NCBI GenBank assembly: GCA_050943055.1
Contig: JBMNOL010000005.1
Location: 1 to 58,607 of the forward strand
Length of the DNA stretch: 58,607 bases
Origin: Patescibacteria group bacterium
GTDB lineage: Bacteria; Patescibacteriota; Patescibacteriia; Patescibacteriales; UBA12465
Direction of reading: 5' to 3'
The position numbers were made by a program, and so were the translations under genes. The notes below the pieces were generated by a model. It searched no databases. It was not told the DNA's origin and saw only the letters and a program-made list of their open reading frames with translations. Shown here in pieces: positions 1 through 12,074 of this stretch. Each line of letters begins with the position of its first letter. Position 1 is the stretch's first letter.

Positions 1-27
1 AAAAACCCCCTTAAAAAGGGGGTTTTT
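1..27 (-). terminator. Bidirectional rho-independent terminator-like hairpin about 90 nt past the 16S 3' end
   Basis: The sequence is aaaaaccccc-ttaaaaa-gggggttttt. It forms 5 G:C pairs, extendable by the flanking A and T runs, with a U-run on either strand. Confidence 0.6.
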
Positions 28-113
28 GTAATTTATAACCTATAAGTTTCGCTTCTAATCGGCACCGTTTCGGGTCGACTGACATTTTAATAAATTAAAA
101 TGTTTAATCTCCC

Positions 114-1595
<1,482 letters not shown>

Positions 1596-1808
1596 AAGAG
1601 TCACTGACTCTAAATGAAAGCAAAATGCTTTCTTGTATTTTTATCCAATAAATTGGATTATGTTTTTATCACCGAATCGATGCCAATTAGCATCGAAACT
1701 ACATAGGTTGTAAATTGTGAAGGTTCTTCAAACAGGGCAGAAAAAAACAGAGATATTAAATATCTTGTTTTTGAACCAGTTTTTTCTGTTGTCAGTTTGA
1801 TGTTGCTT

Positions 1809-1837
1809 ATTTTATAGGACTTTAAAAATCTTGTCAA
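1809..1837 (-). promoter_or_regulatory. Sigma70-type promoter candidate for the 16S gene
   Basis: The minus strand reads TTGACA (1837-1832), a 17-nt spacer, then TAAAAT (1814-1809). This lies about 210 nt upstream of the mature 16S 5' end. Confidence 0.5.
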
Positions 1838-2084
1838 CCCCTGTAAAACAAGGGTTTTTAGATTAAAATTGTGGGCCGGAAATTAGAACCGAAATTCGCT
1901 TGCACTTTTTTGAATTAATTGTTAAGGTACTCGTTGCTGTTGTTTAACAACTATTTTCTCTTTAGCCATATAAAAAGGTTTGACGGGAGTCAGCGCCTTA
2001 CTTATTTTAAGAGCCCACGACGTGATGTTGATCGGCTCTTTTTTTATTATTTCCCTTAAAAAGCCCGTTTTTATCGGCTTTTTA

Positions 2085-2113
2085 TTGACCAAGAAATTTT
2101 TTGTTGGTATAAT
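2085..2113 (+). promoter_or_regulatory. Sigma70-type promoter candidate for the operon starting at 2160
   Basis: TTGACC (2085-2090), a 17-nt spacer, then TATAAT (2108-2113) preceded by TGg (extended -10). Confidence 0.5.
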
Positions 2114-2159
2114 TCAAATACGGATTTTTTGAAATCCTTATTATTGTTTTGATAAATTT

Positions 2160-2759
2160 ATGATTATTAATTGGTTAGGTGGACTATCTGTAAAACTACA
2201 AGATAAAACCAGTTCCGATGGGGTAACGGTTTTAATTAATCCGGTTAACGCTGCTATTGAAGGAACGATTGTCGCTTGGACTGACCCTTTAGAAAAAAAT
2301 AAAAAAGTAAAAGGTACTCCTTTTATAATTGATTGCGCTGGCGAGTATGATACCGCCGGCGTTTTAGTTGAAGGAATCGATAGCTACCCCGAGGAGGCGG
2401 CCGCTAAAAACTTACCGGCTGATAATTTAATTTATCGGGTTGAAATTGATGATATTTCTGTTGTTCATCTAGGTGCCTTGTCTCGTCCTTTAACTGATGA
2501 CCAATTGGGAAAATTATCGGGAGTTGATGTTTTACTAGTTCCCATTGGTGGTGATAAAATGATTGACTCCTCACAGGCCGCGGCGGTGGTTGCGCGAATT
2601 GAGCCCCGCCTGGTTATTCCGATTGGCTACGACGGAGAGGCTCAGGTTGAAAAGTTTGTTAAGCAGTTAGGGGTGACGCCGACGCGCGAAGAAAAATTGC
2701 GATTAACTAAGAGAGATTTACCTCAAGAGGAGATGGAGTTGGTAATTTTAACTAATTAA
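2160..2759 (+). CDS. MBL-fold (Lactamase_B_3/UPF0173-like) protein; canonical HxHxDH motif not evident
   Basis: 199-aa ORF. The overall pattern (N-terminal ...INWLGG.S..., ...VVHLG..., ...VDVLLVPIGG...) resembles short metallo-beta-lactamase-fold hydrolases. Confidence 0.5.
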   Translation: MIINWLGGLSVKLQDKTSSDGVTVLINPVNAAIEGTIVAWTDPLEKNKKVKGTPFIIDCAGEYDTAGVLVEGIDSYPEEAAAKNLPADNLIYRVEIDDISVVHLGALSRPLTDDQLGKLSGVDVLLVPIGGDKMIDSSQAAAVVARIEPRLVIPIGYDGEAQVEKFVKQLGVTPTREEKLRLTKRDLPQEEMELVILTN

Positions 2760-2772
2760 ATATTTTATTTTT

Positions 2773-3378
2773 ATGATTTCACATCCGAAAAAAGAACGTA
2801 CTTTAGTTATCTTAAAGCCTGATTCGGTTCAGCGTAGTTTAGTTGGGGAATTGATTCATCGTTTGGAGAGAACCGGTTTAAAGATCAGTGCCATGAAAAT
2901 GACAATGGCCACTGAGGATCAGTGCTGGGCTCACTATAATAAAGATGAGGCCTGGTTTCTAAAAAAAGGTGTGAACATCATTAAGAACCGTGAAACCTTG
3001 GGTTTACCAATTGAGAAAGATGCTCAGGAATATGGCAAAGATATTATCCGTGGTTTAGTTACTTTTATGACTTCCGGACCGGTAGTACCGTTGATTTTTG
3101 AAGGCAATCAGGCGATTGGAATCGTTAAAAAAATCGTTGGCGGCACCGAACCTTTAACTTCGGAAGTTGGAACGATTCGCGGTGATTACACTTTAGATTC
3201 TTACGAGCTGTCGAGCTTTGATGATCGCGCGGTGCGGAATTTAATTCATTGTTCGGATTCGGTCACTGAAGCCGAGCGGGAAATTAAACTTTGGTTTAAG
3301 GAAGAAGAGATTTTAAATTACCGCTTATTAGCCGAACATATTTTGTATGATATTAATTTAGACGGAATCAGAGAATAA
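2773..3378 (+). CDS. ndk: Nucleoside diphosphate kinase, expanded form (201 aa)
   Basis: Motifs seen are LVILKPDSVQRSLVGELIHRLERTGLKI, SGPVVPLIFEG, GTIRGDY, and NLIHCSDS with the catalytic His retained. Confidence 0.9.
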   Translation: MISHPKKERTLVILKPDSVQRSLVGELIHRLERTGLKISAMKMTMATEDQCWAHYNKDEAWFLKKGVNIIKNRETLGLPIEKDAQEYGKDIIRGLVTFMTSGPVVPLIFEGNQAIGIVKKIVGGTEPLTSEVGTIRGDYTLDSYELSSFDDRAVRNLIHCSDSVTEAEREIKLWFKEEEILNYRLLAEHILYDINLDGIRE

Positions 3379-3389
3379 AATTTAATTCT

Positions 3390-3872
3390 ATGAGCGCGGC
3401 CACAAAACAATTAAGTTTAAAGATTTTTTTAGTAACTCTAGCCTTGGCTATTATTGGTCTTTGGTTAGCTAATTTAAAAAACTCTATCGTTACTAACAAG
3501 GAGTCAAATTTATCGGCCGAGTCTTTTGCTGAAAATTTTAATAATAATCTAGAGGAAAACGCAAATCTAGTTGATTATTCTTCGGAAGATGAGAAGATTT
3601 TCGTTAACCAATTACTGGTGGAAGCTAATAATTTAAATGTCGCTACTGATACTCCGGACTCCGTTTTTGAAGAACCAGAAAAGGAGAGTGTGCCAACTGA
3701 GACCAGTGAGCTTGAATCGCCAGAGTTTGTTGACCTGGAGAATTCTAATCTGGTGACACCGGTCCAAACAAATTGCCCCGCTTATGTTAATTGTATGCCC
3801 ACTTCTGACGCTGAGCCTCGTCCTTGCGTGATTCCCCCGGGCTGTGAGGGGATAACTGAAAAAGTTTATTAA
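3390..3872 (+). CDS. Hypothetical membrane-anchored acidic protein with a Cys-containing C-terminus
   Basis: 160-aa ORF with an N-terminal TM helix ([16 protein letters not shown]) and an acidic low-complexity middle. It is tightly packed between ndk and gyrA. Confidence 0.6.
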   Translation: MSAATKQLSLKIFLVTLALAIIGLWLANLKNSIVTNKESNLSAESFAENFNNNLEENANLVDYSSEDEKIFVNQLLVEANNLNVATDTPDSVFEEPEKESVPTETSELESPEFVDLENSNLVTPVQTNCPAYVNCMPTSDAEPRPCVIPPGCEGITEKVY

Positions 3873-3876
3873 TTAT

Positions 3877-6396
3877 ATGCCTGATAAAAAAGAAAAAGAG
3901 GAGAAGGAAGAGAACCTTTCCGAGGGGAATAACAATATCCGCAAAGAAACAGCTTTTGGAATTGTTGAAGAACAACCGATTGTCGAAGAGATGAGCCGTT
4001 CTTATTTGGAATATGCCATGAGCGTCATTGTCTCGCGCGCGCTGCCTGATGTTCGCGATGGCTTAAAACCAGTTCACCGCCGAATTTTATATGCGATGTG
4101 GAGTATTGGTCTTCGAGCCAATGGTAAATTTCGTAAATCGGCCACGGTGGTCGGTGAAGTCTTAGGTAAATATCATCCGCATGGTGATAGTGCTGTCTAT
4201 GATGCCATGGTTCGCCTGGCCCAAGACTTTTCCATGCGTTATCCGCTCGTTCGTGGCCAAGGAAACTTTGGTTCGATGGATGGTGATAGTGCGGCGGCGA
4301 TGCGTTATACTGAAGCCAAACTTTCCAGTATTGCTGAAGAGATGTTATTGGATTTGGATAAAAATACGGTTGACTTTATGCCTAACTTTGACGGTTCACA
4401 AAATGAACCGCGAGTTTTGCCAGCAAAACTACCCAACCTGCTGCTTAACGGCACTATGGGCATTGCTGTGGGGATGTCTACTAATATCCCGCCTCATAAT
4501 TTAAGTGAATTATGTCGGGCGATTATTCGTCTTTTAGATAACCCGGACCTAACCGTTGAAGATTTAATGGTTGATGTTAAAGGTCCGGACTTTCCGACTG
4601 GCGGCTTAATTTATAGTAAAAAGGATATTTTAGCGGCTTATTCGACCGGCAAAGGCGGGATTACCATGCGTGGTCGGGCGGAGATTGTTGAAGGAAAGAA
4701 TGGTTTTCGTATCGTTATTTCCGAAATCCCTTATCAGGTAAATAAGGCTGATTTGGTAGAAAAAATTGCCAATCTCGTTAAGGATAAAAAACTGCAAGGC
4801 ATTAAAGGTTTGCGCGATGAATCCGATCGCGATGGCGTCCGGGTAGTAGTGGATTTGAAAAAAGATGCTTATCCAAAGAAAGTTTTAAATGCTTTATTTA
4901 AGCACACTCCTTTACAAACTGTCTTTCACGTCAATATGTTGGCTCTGATTGAAGGAGGTATTCAGCCTCGCATTTTGACGTTGAAAATGATTTTGGAAGA
5001 ATACATTAAACATCGCCAAGAGGTAATTAAGCGTCGCACTCAATACGATTTAGATAAGGCTTTAGAACGCGCCCATATTTTAGAAGGTTTAATGATTGCT
5101 CTAAAAAATATTGATGAGGTTATTAAAACAATCAAAGCTTCAAAAGATAAAGAGGTAGCGAAAGTTAATTTAATTAAAAAATTTAAACTTTCTGAGCGGC
5201 AGGCGGTGGCTATTTTGGAAATGCGCTTGCAAAATTTAGCTAATTTGGAGCAGAAGAAGATTGAGGATGAGTTAAAAGATAAGCAAATTTTGATTAAAGA
5301 CTTAAAAGCTATTTTAGCTTCGGCTCTTAAGGTTAATCAAATTATTAAAGATGAGTTAGTGGCTTTAGAAGAAAAGCATGGCAACGAGCGGCGCACCGAA
5401 GTTATCTCTCACGGTGTTAAAGATTTAAGCGCAGAGGATTTAGTTCCTAATGAAGAGACCGTCGTAATGCTTACTCGTGATGGCTATATTAAACGGGTAG
5501 AACCGAGCACTTTTAAAGTTCAGGCTCGTGGTGGTAAAGGTATTGTTGGGTTAACTACTAAAGAGGAAGATTCGGTTTGGTTAATGTTTACGACCATGAC
5601 CCATAATGATATTTTATTTTTTACTAATAAGGGCCGTGTCTTTCAGTTAAAGGCTTATGAGATTCCGACCGCCTCTCGTGTTGCCAAAGGAACACCAGTG
5701 GTTAATTTTTTACAATTAACTACAGGTGAGCGTGTTGAAACAGTTTTACCGTTAGATAAGTTGTCAACCAGTCAATTCTTATTTTTTGCCACCAAAAAAG
5801 GCTTAGTCAAAAAAGTTAAACTGGATGCTTTTGCCAATCTTCGTCGTAATGGTTTGATTGCCATTAAAATTAAAGATGAAGATGAATTAATCTGGGTTAA
5901 GCCGACTACCGGTAAAGATGAAATTCAATTAATTACCGCTCAAGGACAATCAATCCGCTTTAAGGAGGCCGATGTTCGCGACATGGGTCGTAACGCGGCT
6001 GGCGTTACCGGTATTCGTCTTAAAAAGGATGATCGCGTTATCGGTGTGGGCGTGGCTCGAACCGAGAAAGAGAAGTTAAAGCAATATCAAGTCCTAACCA
6101 TTATGGCTAAAGGGTATGGAAAACGCACCAATTTCTCCCTCTATAAATTACAAGGGCGCGGCGGTTCCGGAATTAAGACCGTGAAGGTTAGCGATAAGAC
6201 GGGTGAGGTAACTAATGCTTTCCTCTTAAACTCTGAGGCGATGATGGACCGTGACTTACTGATCATCTCGGAAAAGGGGCAAGTGATTCGTCTCCCCTTT
6301 AAATCTGTTAGTGTTTTAGGTCGCTCCACCCAAGGAGTGAGAATTATGCGCTTTAAAAATCCTGATGACCGGGTGGCCAGTGTCACTTGGGCTTAG
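3877..6396 (+). CDS. gyrA: DNA gyrase subunit A
   Basis: Motifs seen are [30 protein letters not shown] and AAMRYTE (active-site Tyr), followed by C-terminal beta-pinwheel repeats. Confidence 0.97.
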   Translation: MPDKKEKEEKEENLSEGNNNIRKETAFGIVEEQPIVEEMSRSYLEYAMSVIVSRALPDVRDGLKPVHRRILYAMWSIGLRANGKFRKSATVVGEVLGKYHPHGDSAVYDAMVRLAQDFSMRYPLVRGQGNFGSMDGDSAAAMRYTEAKLSSIAEEMLLDLDKNTVDFMPNFDGSQNEPRVLPAKLPNLLLNGTMGIAVGMSTNIPPHNLSELCRAIIRLLDNPDLTVEDLMVDVKGPDFPTGGLIYSKKDILAAYSTGKGGITMRGRAEIVEGKNGFRIVISEIPYQVNKADLVEKIANLVKDKKLQGIKGLRDESDRDGVRVVVDLKKDAYPKKVLNALFKHTPLQTVFHVNMLALIEGGIQPRILTLKMILEEYIKHRQEVIKRRTQYDLDKALERAHILEGLMIALKNIDEVIKTIKASKDKEVAKVNLIKKFKLSERQAVAILEMRLQNLANLEQKKIEDELKDKQILIKDLKAILASALKVNQIIKDELVALEEKHGNERRTEVISHGVKDLSAEDLVPNEETVVMLTRDGYIKRVEPSTFKVQARGGKGIVGLTTKEEDSVWLMFTTMTHNDILFFTNKGRVFQLKAYEIPTASRVAKGTPVVNFLQLTTGERVETVLPLDKLSTSQFLFFATKKGLVKKVKLDAFANLRRNGLIAIKIKDEDELIWVKPTTGKDEIQLITAQGQSIRFKEADVRDMGRNAAGVTGIRLKKDDRVIGVGVARTEKEKLKQYQVLTIMAKGYGKRTNFSLYKLQGRGGSGIKTVKVSDKTGEVTNAFLLNSEAMMDRDLLIISEKGQVIRLPFKSVSVLGRSTQGVRIMRFKNPDDRVASVTWA

Positions 6397-6403
6397 TATT
6401 CCC

Positions 6404-6427
6404 GGCCGAGCTTTGCTCGGCCTTTTT
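6404..6427 (+). terminator. Rho-independent terminator after gyrA
   Basis: ggccgagc-ttt-gctcggcc followed by ttttt. Confidence 0.8.
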
Positions 6428-6470
6428 GTTTATTTGCTCCTCCTGATAAAAATCGCTAAACTATCAATAT

Positions 6471-7589
6471 ATGAATGACATGATACTAACAATATTAATC
6501 CTTGTTTTGCTGGTCGGCGTGGCCGCCATTATTTTTTTGCTTAAAAAGAAACCAGGGGCGGAAGATGATCAAACTAAGTCGTTGCTTTTAGAGCGCTTAG
6601 CGACTTTAACAGAACAATTAACCCAGGTGCAGCGCCAAAATTCTGAGCTCCGAACCGAGTTGGATCGTAAGTTGTCACAGACTCATCAGATTAATCAGGG
6701 GCAATACGAGCAGACGAATAAGGTCATGCGCGATATTAATGCACAGTCTTCCAAAATTATTGCCGAGGTGACTGAAAAATTAACTAAACTAGATGAAACG
6801 AATCGCCAGGTGGTCGGTTTTTCGGCGCAGCTGCAAAACCTTCAAGATATTTTGAAAAATCCTAAACAACGCGGCGTTCTGGGCGAGTATTATTTAGAGG
6901 AAACTTTAAGTAACGTCTTGCCACCGGGCACTTTTAAGCTGCAGTATTTGTTGGGCAAAGATGAAAAAAATAATCAAGAATTGATTGTTGACGCGGCTAT
7001 TTTCGTTAAGGAGAAAATTGTGCCCGTTGATGCGAAGTTTTCTTTAGAAAATTATGAACGCCTTTTAGCCGCCAAAGATCCGGACACTCGTAAAAAAATG
7101 GAAGCCGCACTTAAACAAGATTTAAAGAATCGGATTGATGAAACTTCTAAATATGTGCGCCCCAATTTAGGAACTTTGGAGTTCGCTTTTATGTTTATCC
7201 CGTCGGAGTCCATTTATTATGACTTACTCACCGATTCCGTTGGTAGTCGCGACATGATCGATTACGCTTTTCGGGAAAAGAAGGTAATTATCGTTTCCCC
7301 GACGACTTTTCTTGCTTACTTGCAAACAGTTTTACAGGGTTTAAGAGCGATGCAGATTGAAGAGCGGGCCCAAGATATTAAAAAGAATGTAGAAAAATTA
7401 GGTCGCCACCTAAATACTTATAATGATTTTTTACAAAAATTAGGAAACAGTTTGGATGCGAGCGTGAATCACTATAATCACGCGGCGGGAGAATTTAGAA
7501 AAATTGATAAAGATATTTTGCGCGTTACCGATGGCGAGAGTATTATTGATACAATCACTTTAGAACGAACTAAAGCGCATGAAGACTAA
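6471..7589 (+). CDS. rmuC: DNA recombination protein RmuC
   Basis: N-terminal TM helix and a long coiled coil, then an RmuC-type C-terminal region (VDAKFSLENYERL, FMFIPSESIYY, VSPTTFLAYLQ). Confidence 0.85.
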   Translation: MNDMILTILILVLLVGVAAIIFLLKKKPGAEDDQTKSLLLERLATLTEQLTQVQRQNSELRTELDRKLSQTHQINQGQYEQTNKVMRDINAQSSKIIAEVTEKLTKLDETNRQVVGFSAQLQNLQDILKNPKQRGVLGEYYLEETLSNVLPPGTFKLQYLLGKDEKNNQELIVDAAIFVKEKIVPVDAKFSLENYERLLAAKDPDTRKKMEAALKQDLKNRIDETSKYVRPNLGTLEFAFMFIPSESIYYDLLTDSVGSRDMIDYAFREKKVIIVSPTTFLAYLQTVLQGLRAMQIEERAQDIKKNVEKLGRHLNTYNDFLQKLGNSLDASVNHYNHAAGEFRKIDKDILRVTDGESIIDTITLERTKAHED

Positions 7590-8514
7590 GGCTTTTTTAA
7601 CTGAAGATGAATTGGAAAAATCTTTATTAAAAAGTTTAGTTTTTTTTGATCTTTTTTCTTACCCTTTGTCTCTCTGGGAGTGGTGGCAAAATTTAGAGTT
7701 AAAAACTACCTTAAGGGAGGTTGCTGAGGTGGCCGATCATCTTTTAGAGAGTGGACAGGTGGAGCGCCGTGAGGGCTGGTACTTTTTGCCTGGTCGCCAA
7801 GAAATTGTTTTTGAGAGACGGCGACGTTATAATTTTACTAATCAAAAAATTAAACGAGCGCAGAAAGCGACACGACTCTTTCGCCTTATCCCTAGCGTTA
7901 AGCTGGTAGCAGTTTCTAATTTAATTGGTCATCATAACTTACGGGCCGGGAGCGATATTGATTTATTTATTGTTTCGTCGCCGGGGCGGCTTTGGCTCAC
8001 CCGCTTTTTTTGCGCCGGTTTCATGAAGATTTTGGGTTGGCGACCACGACGAGGAAACAAACAAGACAAAATTTGTTTAAGTTTTTATGCCGCCACCACT
8101 GGTCTAGCCATGGACTCTTTACGTTTAGATGGCGGGGATGCTTATTTTGAGCATTGGTTGATGGGGCTTTACCCGGTTTACGATAAGGATCGTTATTTGG
8201 ATTATTTACGTTTTAAAAATCCCTGGCTAAAGGAGCTATTTCCTAATAGTTATTTATTAAAAGAGTCTTTTTCGGCTGATTATTTTAGCCACAACCTCTT
8301 AGACCGCTTACTCTTTAGTGTCGCTAACGCGGCTGAACCAATGGTAAAAAAAATTCAATACAAAATTTTGCCGCCGGCTTTGGCGAGTCAGGTCGGCAAA
8401 GGAACGGGGGTTATTTTAAGTGATCATCTCTTACGTTTTTATCTAGATGATCGCCGTCTTGAGCTGCAAAATCGTTATTTGGATAAACTTGCTTCTTTAG
8501 GGCTTTATGATTAA
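7579..8514 (+). CDS. Hypothetical protein with a minimal nucleotidyltransferase-fold motif
   Basis: 311-aa ORF overlapping rmuC by 11 nt and the next gene by 8 nt. It carries a GS-x-D-x-D-like motif (RAGSDIDLFIV). Confidence 0.55.
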   Translation: MKTKAFLTEDELEKSLLKSLVFFDLFSYPLSLWEWWQNLELKTTLREVAEVADHLLESGQVERREGWYFLPGRQEIVFERRRRYNFTNQKIKRAQKATRLFRLIPSVKLVAVSNLIGHHNLRAGSDIDLFIVSSPGRLWLTRFFCAGFMKILGWRPRRGNKQDKICLSFYAATTGLAMDSLRLDGGDAYFEHWLMGLYPVYDKDRYLDYLRFKNPWLKELFPNSYLLKESFSADYFSHNLLDRLLFSVANAAEPMVKKIQYKILPPALASQVGKGTGVILSDHLLRFYLDDRRLELQNRYLDKLASLGLYD

Positions 8515-9754
8515 AAAAGAAATAAGCACTAATTTACTCTACCTTTGGTTGCTCGTTTGGCCATGGAGCACTAAATTAATTTTACGCCCCGCTGAAACTA
8601 ATTATTTAGAAATTGCTTTTTATTTAAGTAATCTTTTTTTAGTAATTCCAGTTGGCGAACAAATAATTAAACTTTTTAAAAATAGGCAGTTGAAAAATGA
8701 GGGTAAAAAAATTCAGCCGCTCTGGTGGTGGGGGGCGGCGTTGTTTTTTATCGTTGGGACTCTATCAATAGTTTGGTCGCCTGACCAAACCTTGGCTCTT
8801 TTCCGTTGGTTTTCTTTAGCTGGCAGTTTAGCGGTTTTTGCTCTAGTTCTTAAGAGTCCGGCTCTTTTTAGAGAGCGGGCACTTAAGTTTTTTTTACTCG
8901 GTTTAATTGTCCCCGCCCTTTTGGGGATTATTCAGTTTTCTAGTCAGCTCGCCCCAGCTAATAAATATTTTGGCCTGGCCGCCCATAACCCTGACGATCT
9001 GGGAGTTTCGGTAATTGAAACTAATAGCGGTCGCTTTTTGCGCGCTTATGGTTCCTTTGATCATCCTAATATTTTTGGGGGAGTGATGGCCATTGCTTCT
9101 TTATTAGCCTTTTATTTGGGGCTAAAAGAAACGAATAAAAAAATAAAATTTTTCTGTTTTTCAGCCGGGCTCCTCTTTAGTGCTGGCCTATTAGTCTCTT
9201 TTTCGCGCAGCGCCCTTTTGGCTTTTGCTGTCGGGTTTTTAGCCTTAGCTTTAAGCCAGCGAAAAATTATTTGGCAACGTGGTAAAAGTTTTTTAATTGG
9301 CGGGGCTGTTTTATTAACATTGTTTAGCACTCTTTATTCTCCCCTACTGTTAACACGCACTAATTTGGAGTCCCGGTTAGAGGTAAAATCATTGACCGAG
9401 CGTCGCTTTTTTCAGGATCAGGCCCAACAAATCATTAAGCAACAGCCGGTCAGGGGTGTCGGTTTGGGTGGTTATATCCCCAGTTTAATGCTGGCTGACC
9501 CCTCACTTGAGCCTTGGGCTTATCAACCCGTTCATAACTATTGGCTATTGATTTGGGCCGAATTAGGCATCTTTGGCCTTTTTGGTTTTATTATCTTTTG
9601 GCTCGGCATCCTTCAGGTAGTGTTTAAGAATAAAATCTGGCCTTTTTGGGTGGTTTTTTTTGTGCTTAGCTTTTTTGATCACTGGCTCTTTAGTCAGCCA
9701 GTGGCTCCCTTAGCAATTTTCTTTATTTTTGGTCTTTTAAATAGGGTGGATTAA
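8507..9754 (+). CDS. O-antigen ligase (Wzy_C) family polytopic membrane protein
   Basis: 415 aa with about 10 or more hydrophobic helices and a Wzy_C-like region (RAYGSFDHPNIFGG ... SFSRSALLAF). Confidence 0.75.
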   Translation: MIKKEISTNLLYLWLLVWPWSTKLILRPAETNYLEIAFYLSNLFLVIPVGEQIIKLFKNRQLKNEGKKIQPLWWWGAALFFIVGTLSIVWSPDQTLALFRWFSLAGSLAVFALVLKSPALFRERALKFFLLGLIVPALLGIIQFSSQLAPANKYFGLAAHNPDDLGVSVIETNSGRFLRAYGSFDHPNIFGGVMAIASLLAFYLGLKETNKKIKFFCFSAGLLFSAGLLVSFSRSALLAFAVGFLALALSQRKIIWQRGKSFLIGGAVLLTLFSTLYSPLLLTRTNLESRLEVKSLTERRFFQDQAQQIIKQQPVRGVGLGGYIPSLMLADPSLEPWAYQPVHNYWLLIWAELGIFGLFGFIIFWLGILQVVFKNKIWPFWVVFFVLSFFDHWLFSQPVAPLAIFFIFGLLNRVD

Positions 9755-9765
9755 AAAAACCGGAG

Positions 9766-9984
9766 TTAATCCGATTTTTTCTTGATGAAATATTCTTTTT
9801 GCAGATACAATAAGTCTTGCTCCAACTCCGCTCCTTCCGCTTCCGGCCAAACACCTCTTTGTCGCCAAAGATTAAGAGTGGTGGCGAGAGTACCAAAATA
9901 ATCGTCGGATTTTATGTGAAAATTAACGCTCTCTTGGTCGTTAATAAAAAGAGAGGGGTATTTTTTTAAATGATAAGACGACAT
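9766..9984 (-). CDS. Hypothetical small protein, translationally coupled downstream of radC
   Basis: 72-aa ORF whose start abuts the radC stop at 9984. No recognisable motif. Confidence 0.45.
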   Translation of the reverse strand: MSSYHLKKYPSLFINDQESVNFHIKSDDYFGTLATTLNLWRQRGVWPEAEGAELEQDLLYLQKEYFIKKKSD

Positions 9985-10703
9985 TAACTTATTAAGCTAA
10001 CAAATTTATTTTTAGCAATAATTAAATGGTCAAGAAAATCGATTCCCAAGACTTCGCCGGCTTTTTTTAGTTGGCTGGTGGTTTCTTTATCGGCCATCGT
10101 CGCCTCTAGACTTCCCGAGGGGTGGTTATGAGCAACAATGACGGCAACAGCACCATATTCTAGAGCCGGTCGAAAAACTTCGCGCGGATGAACTAGGCCG
10201 GAGGTTAAAGTGCCAATTGAAATAACTTCATCGTGAACTAATTGATAGCGACTATTTAAGTAAAGACCGCGAAAATTTTCTTTCTTTAGCGCACCCATTT
10301 CTTTAAGATAATTAAAAGCCTGTTGGCTGGTACGAATAGTTACCGACCCATGCGGTTTTTTCTGAAAAAAGCGGCGTCCCAACTCAAAACAGGCAACAAT
10401 TTGGCAAGCTTTTACTAGGGGAACCTTAGCGTCAGCGGCCAATTTTTCGGGATTAGTTTGTGAGATTAGTCCGGCTGAACCATATTCTTTTAAAAGACGG
10501 TGACTTAATTCTAAAACACCTTCTTTCTTGTCGCCACTATTTAGGATTATCGCCAGTAATTCGGCCGACGAGAGTTCGTTGACTCCTTGATTTATTAATT
10601 TTTCTCGCGGCTTATCCTTATCCGCCAAATCCCTAACCCTGAGGGTATAGGCACGGTTTTCTCCCGTTACAAGATCATGGTCTTTAAGTTTGTAGTTAAG
10701 CAT
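9984..10703 (-). CDS. radC: RadC-family JAB/MPN domain protein
   Basis: N-terminal HhH-like region (LSSAELLAIILNSG) and a C-terminal JAB motif (VIVAHNHPSG). Confidence 0.9.
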   Translation of the reverse strand: MLNYKLKDHDLVTGENRAYTLRVRDLADKDKPREKLINQGVNELSSAELLAIILNSGDKKEGVLELSHRLLKEYGSAGLISQTNPEKLAADAKVPLVKACQIVACFELGRRFFQKKPHGSVTIRTSQQAFNYLKEMGALKKENFRGLYLNSRYQLVHDEVISIGTLTSGLVHPREVFRPALEYGAVAVIVAHNHPSGSLEATMADKETTSQLKKAGEVLGIDFLDHLIIAKNKFVSLIS

Positions 10704-10797
10704 AAAAAATAAACTTAAGCCAGGAATCTTAAACTCTGGCTAGTTTTAATTATATCAGAGGTGTGTTAAATTTAAAGGACTTAATGAATTAAATTTT

Positions 10798-12072
10798 ATG
10801 TCAACTTATAGTCAGCAAGTTTTAAATAATTCTCTGCCGGTTATTGTTGTTCCGGTAACGGGCACTAAAACGGTCACTGTGTTACTGATGGTTCGGACCG
10901 GCTCTAAATATGAAAATAAAAAAGAGAGTGGCCTTTCCCATTTTTTAGAGCATCTTTTTTTTAAGGGTACGGATCGTTATCCTGATGCCCGGACTTTAGC
11001 GGCGACCTTAGATCAAATCGGTTCTGAATATAATGCTTTTACTTCCAAAGAATATACCGGTTATTGGATTAAAGTAGCCGCCAATAAATTGGAAAACGCT
11101 TTGGATTTAGTGTCGGAGATGCTGTTAAATTCTCGTTTTAGAGGAGAGGATATTGAGAGGGAAAAGGGGGTAATTGTGGAGGAATTAAATATGTACGAGG
11201 ACAACCCGCTTTTAAAAATTGATGATTTACTGGAGAGCTGCCTTTACGGTGATACTCCCGCTGGTCGCGATATTGGCGGCACTCCTGAAAATGTTAAACG
11301 TTTTAAACGAGGGGATTTTCTCCGTTACTTTAAGCGTCAGTATGGTGCCAGCAGTAGCATTCTAGTGGTCGCCGGTCGTTTACCGAAAGATTATTCTCGC
11401 TTGGTAGAAAAATATTTTTCCGCCTTTCCAAAAAATGATTGGCGGGATAAGGTAAAAGCCAAAGAAGCCCAAAAGACGCCAAAAATATTGGCTAAATATA
11501 AAAAAACTGATCAAAGTACGCTTTCTTTAGGAGTGCGCGCTTTTCCGGCGGGTCATAAAGATGAAATTGCTTTGAAGTTATTGGCGACTATTTTGGGAGG
11601 ATCTATGAGTTCGCGCCTATTTAGTGAGATAAGAGAGCAGCGCGGTTTAGCTTATTCTGTTCACACTAGTGCCGAATTATATACCGATACTGGTTACCTA
11701 GCGACCACGGCCGGGATTAGGCTCGGTAAAGAAGAGGAAGCTATTACCGTAATTTTAGATAATTATCGCCGATTGACAAGTGAATTGGTTCCAGAATCGG
11801 AGTTGCAACGAACTAAAGATATGTATAAAGGGCGCCTGGCTATTTCGTTGGAGTCTTCGGATTCTTTGGCTAATTGGTATGGCGGGCAAGCGGTGATGAA
11901 GCGGCCCCTTAAAGCGCCGGAAGAATATTTAAAAGAGATTGAAGCGGTTCAGACCACTGATTTACGTCGGGTGGCTCGGAATATTTTTAAAGACCGCAAC
12001 CTTAATTTAGCTTTAATTAGTCCGGCCAGCAAAACCAAAATAAACAACCTTAAAAAAAATTTAAAATTTTAA
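10798..12072 (+). CDS. M16 (pitrilysin/insulinase) family zinc peptidase
   Basis: Inverted zinc motif HFLEH (GLSHFLEHLFFKGT) plus two M16 half-domains. Confidence 0.9.
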   Translation: MSTYSQQVLNNSLPVIVVPVTGTKTVTVLLMVRTGSKYENKKESGLSHFLEHLFFKGTDRYPDARTLAATLDQIGSEYNAFTSKEYTGYWIKVAANKLENALDLVSEMLLNSRFRGEDIEREKGVIVEELNMYEDNPLLKIDDLLESCLYGDTPAGRDIGGTPENVKRFKRGDFLRYFKRQYGASSSILVVAGRLPKDYSRLVEKYFSAFPKNDWRDKVKAKEAQKTPKILAKYKKTDQSTLSLGVRAFPAGHKDEIALKLLATILGGSMSSRLFSEIREQRGLAYSVHTSAELYTDTGYLATTAGIRLGKEEEAITVILDNYRRLTSELVPESELQRTKDMYKGRLAISLESSDSLANWYGGQAVMKRPLKAPEEYLKEIEAVQTTDLRRVARNIFKDRNLNLALISPASKTKINNLKKNLKF

Positions 12073-12074
12073 AA

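Noticed and set aside
28-113. Whether spacer tRNA genes (Ile/Ala) lie downstream of the 16S.
   Set aside because: There is no T-loop (GGTTCGAATCC-like) or cloverleaf. The segment is used up by the processing-stem strand and a local hairpin.
1860-2050. A possible small RNA in the long 16S-upstream spacer, with hairpins agagcc...ggctct+T7 at about 2019-2050 and aagcc...ggctt at about 2061-2083.
   Set aside because: I recognise no RNA family (SRP, 6S, RNase P, tmRNA motifs are absent). The stems are short with large loops. The region is more simply divergent promoter and leader DNA.
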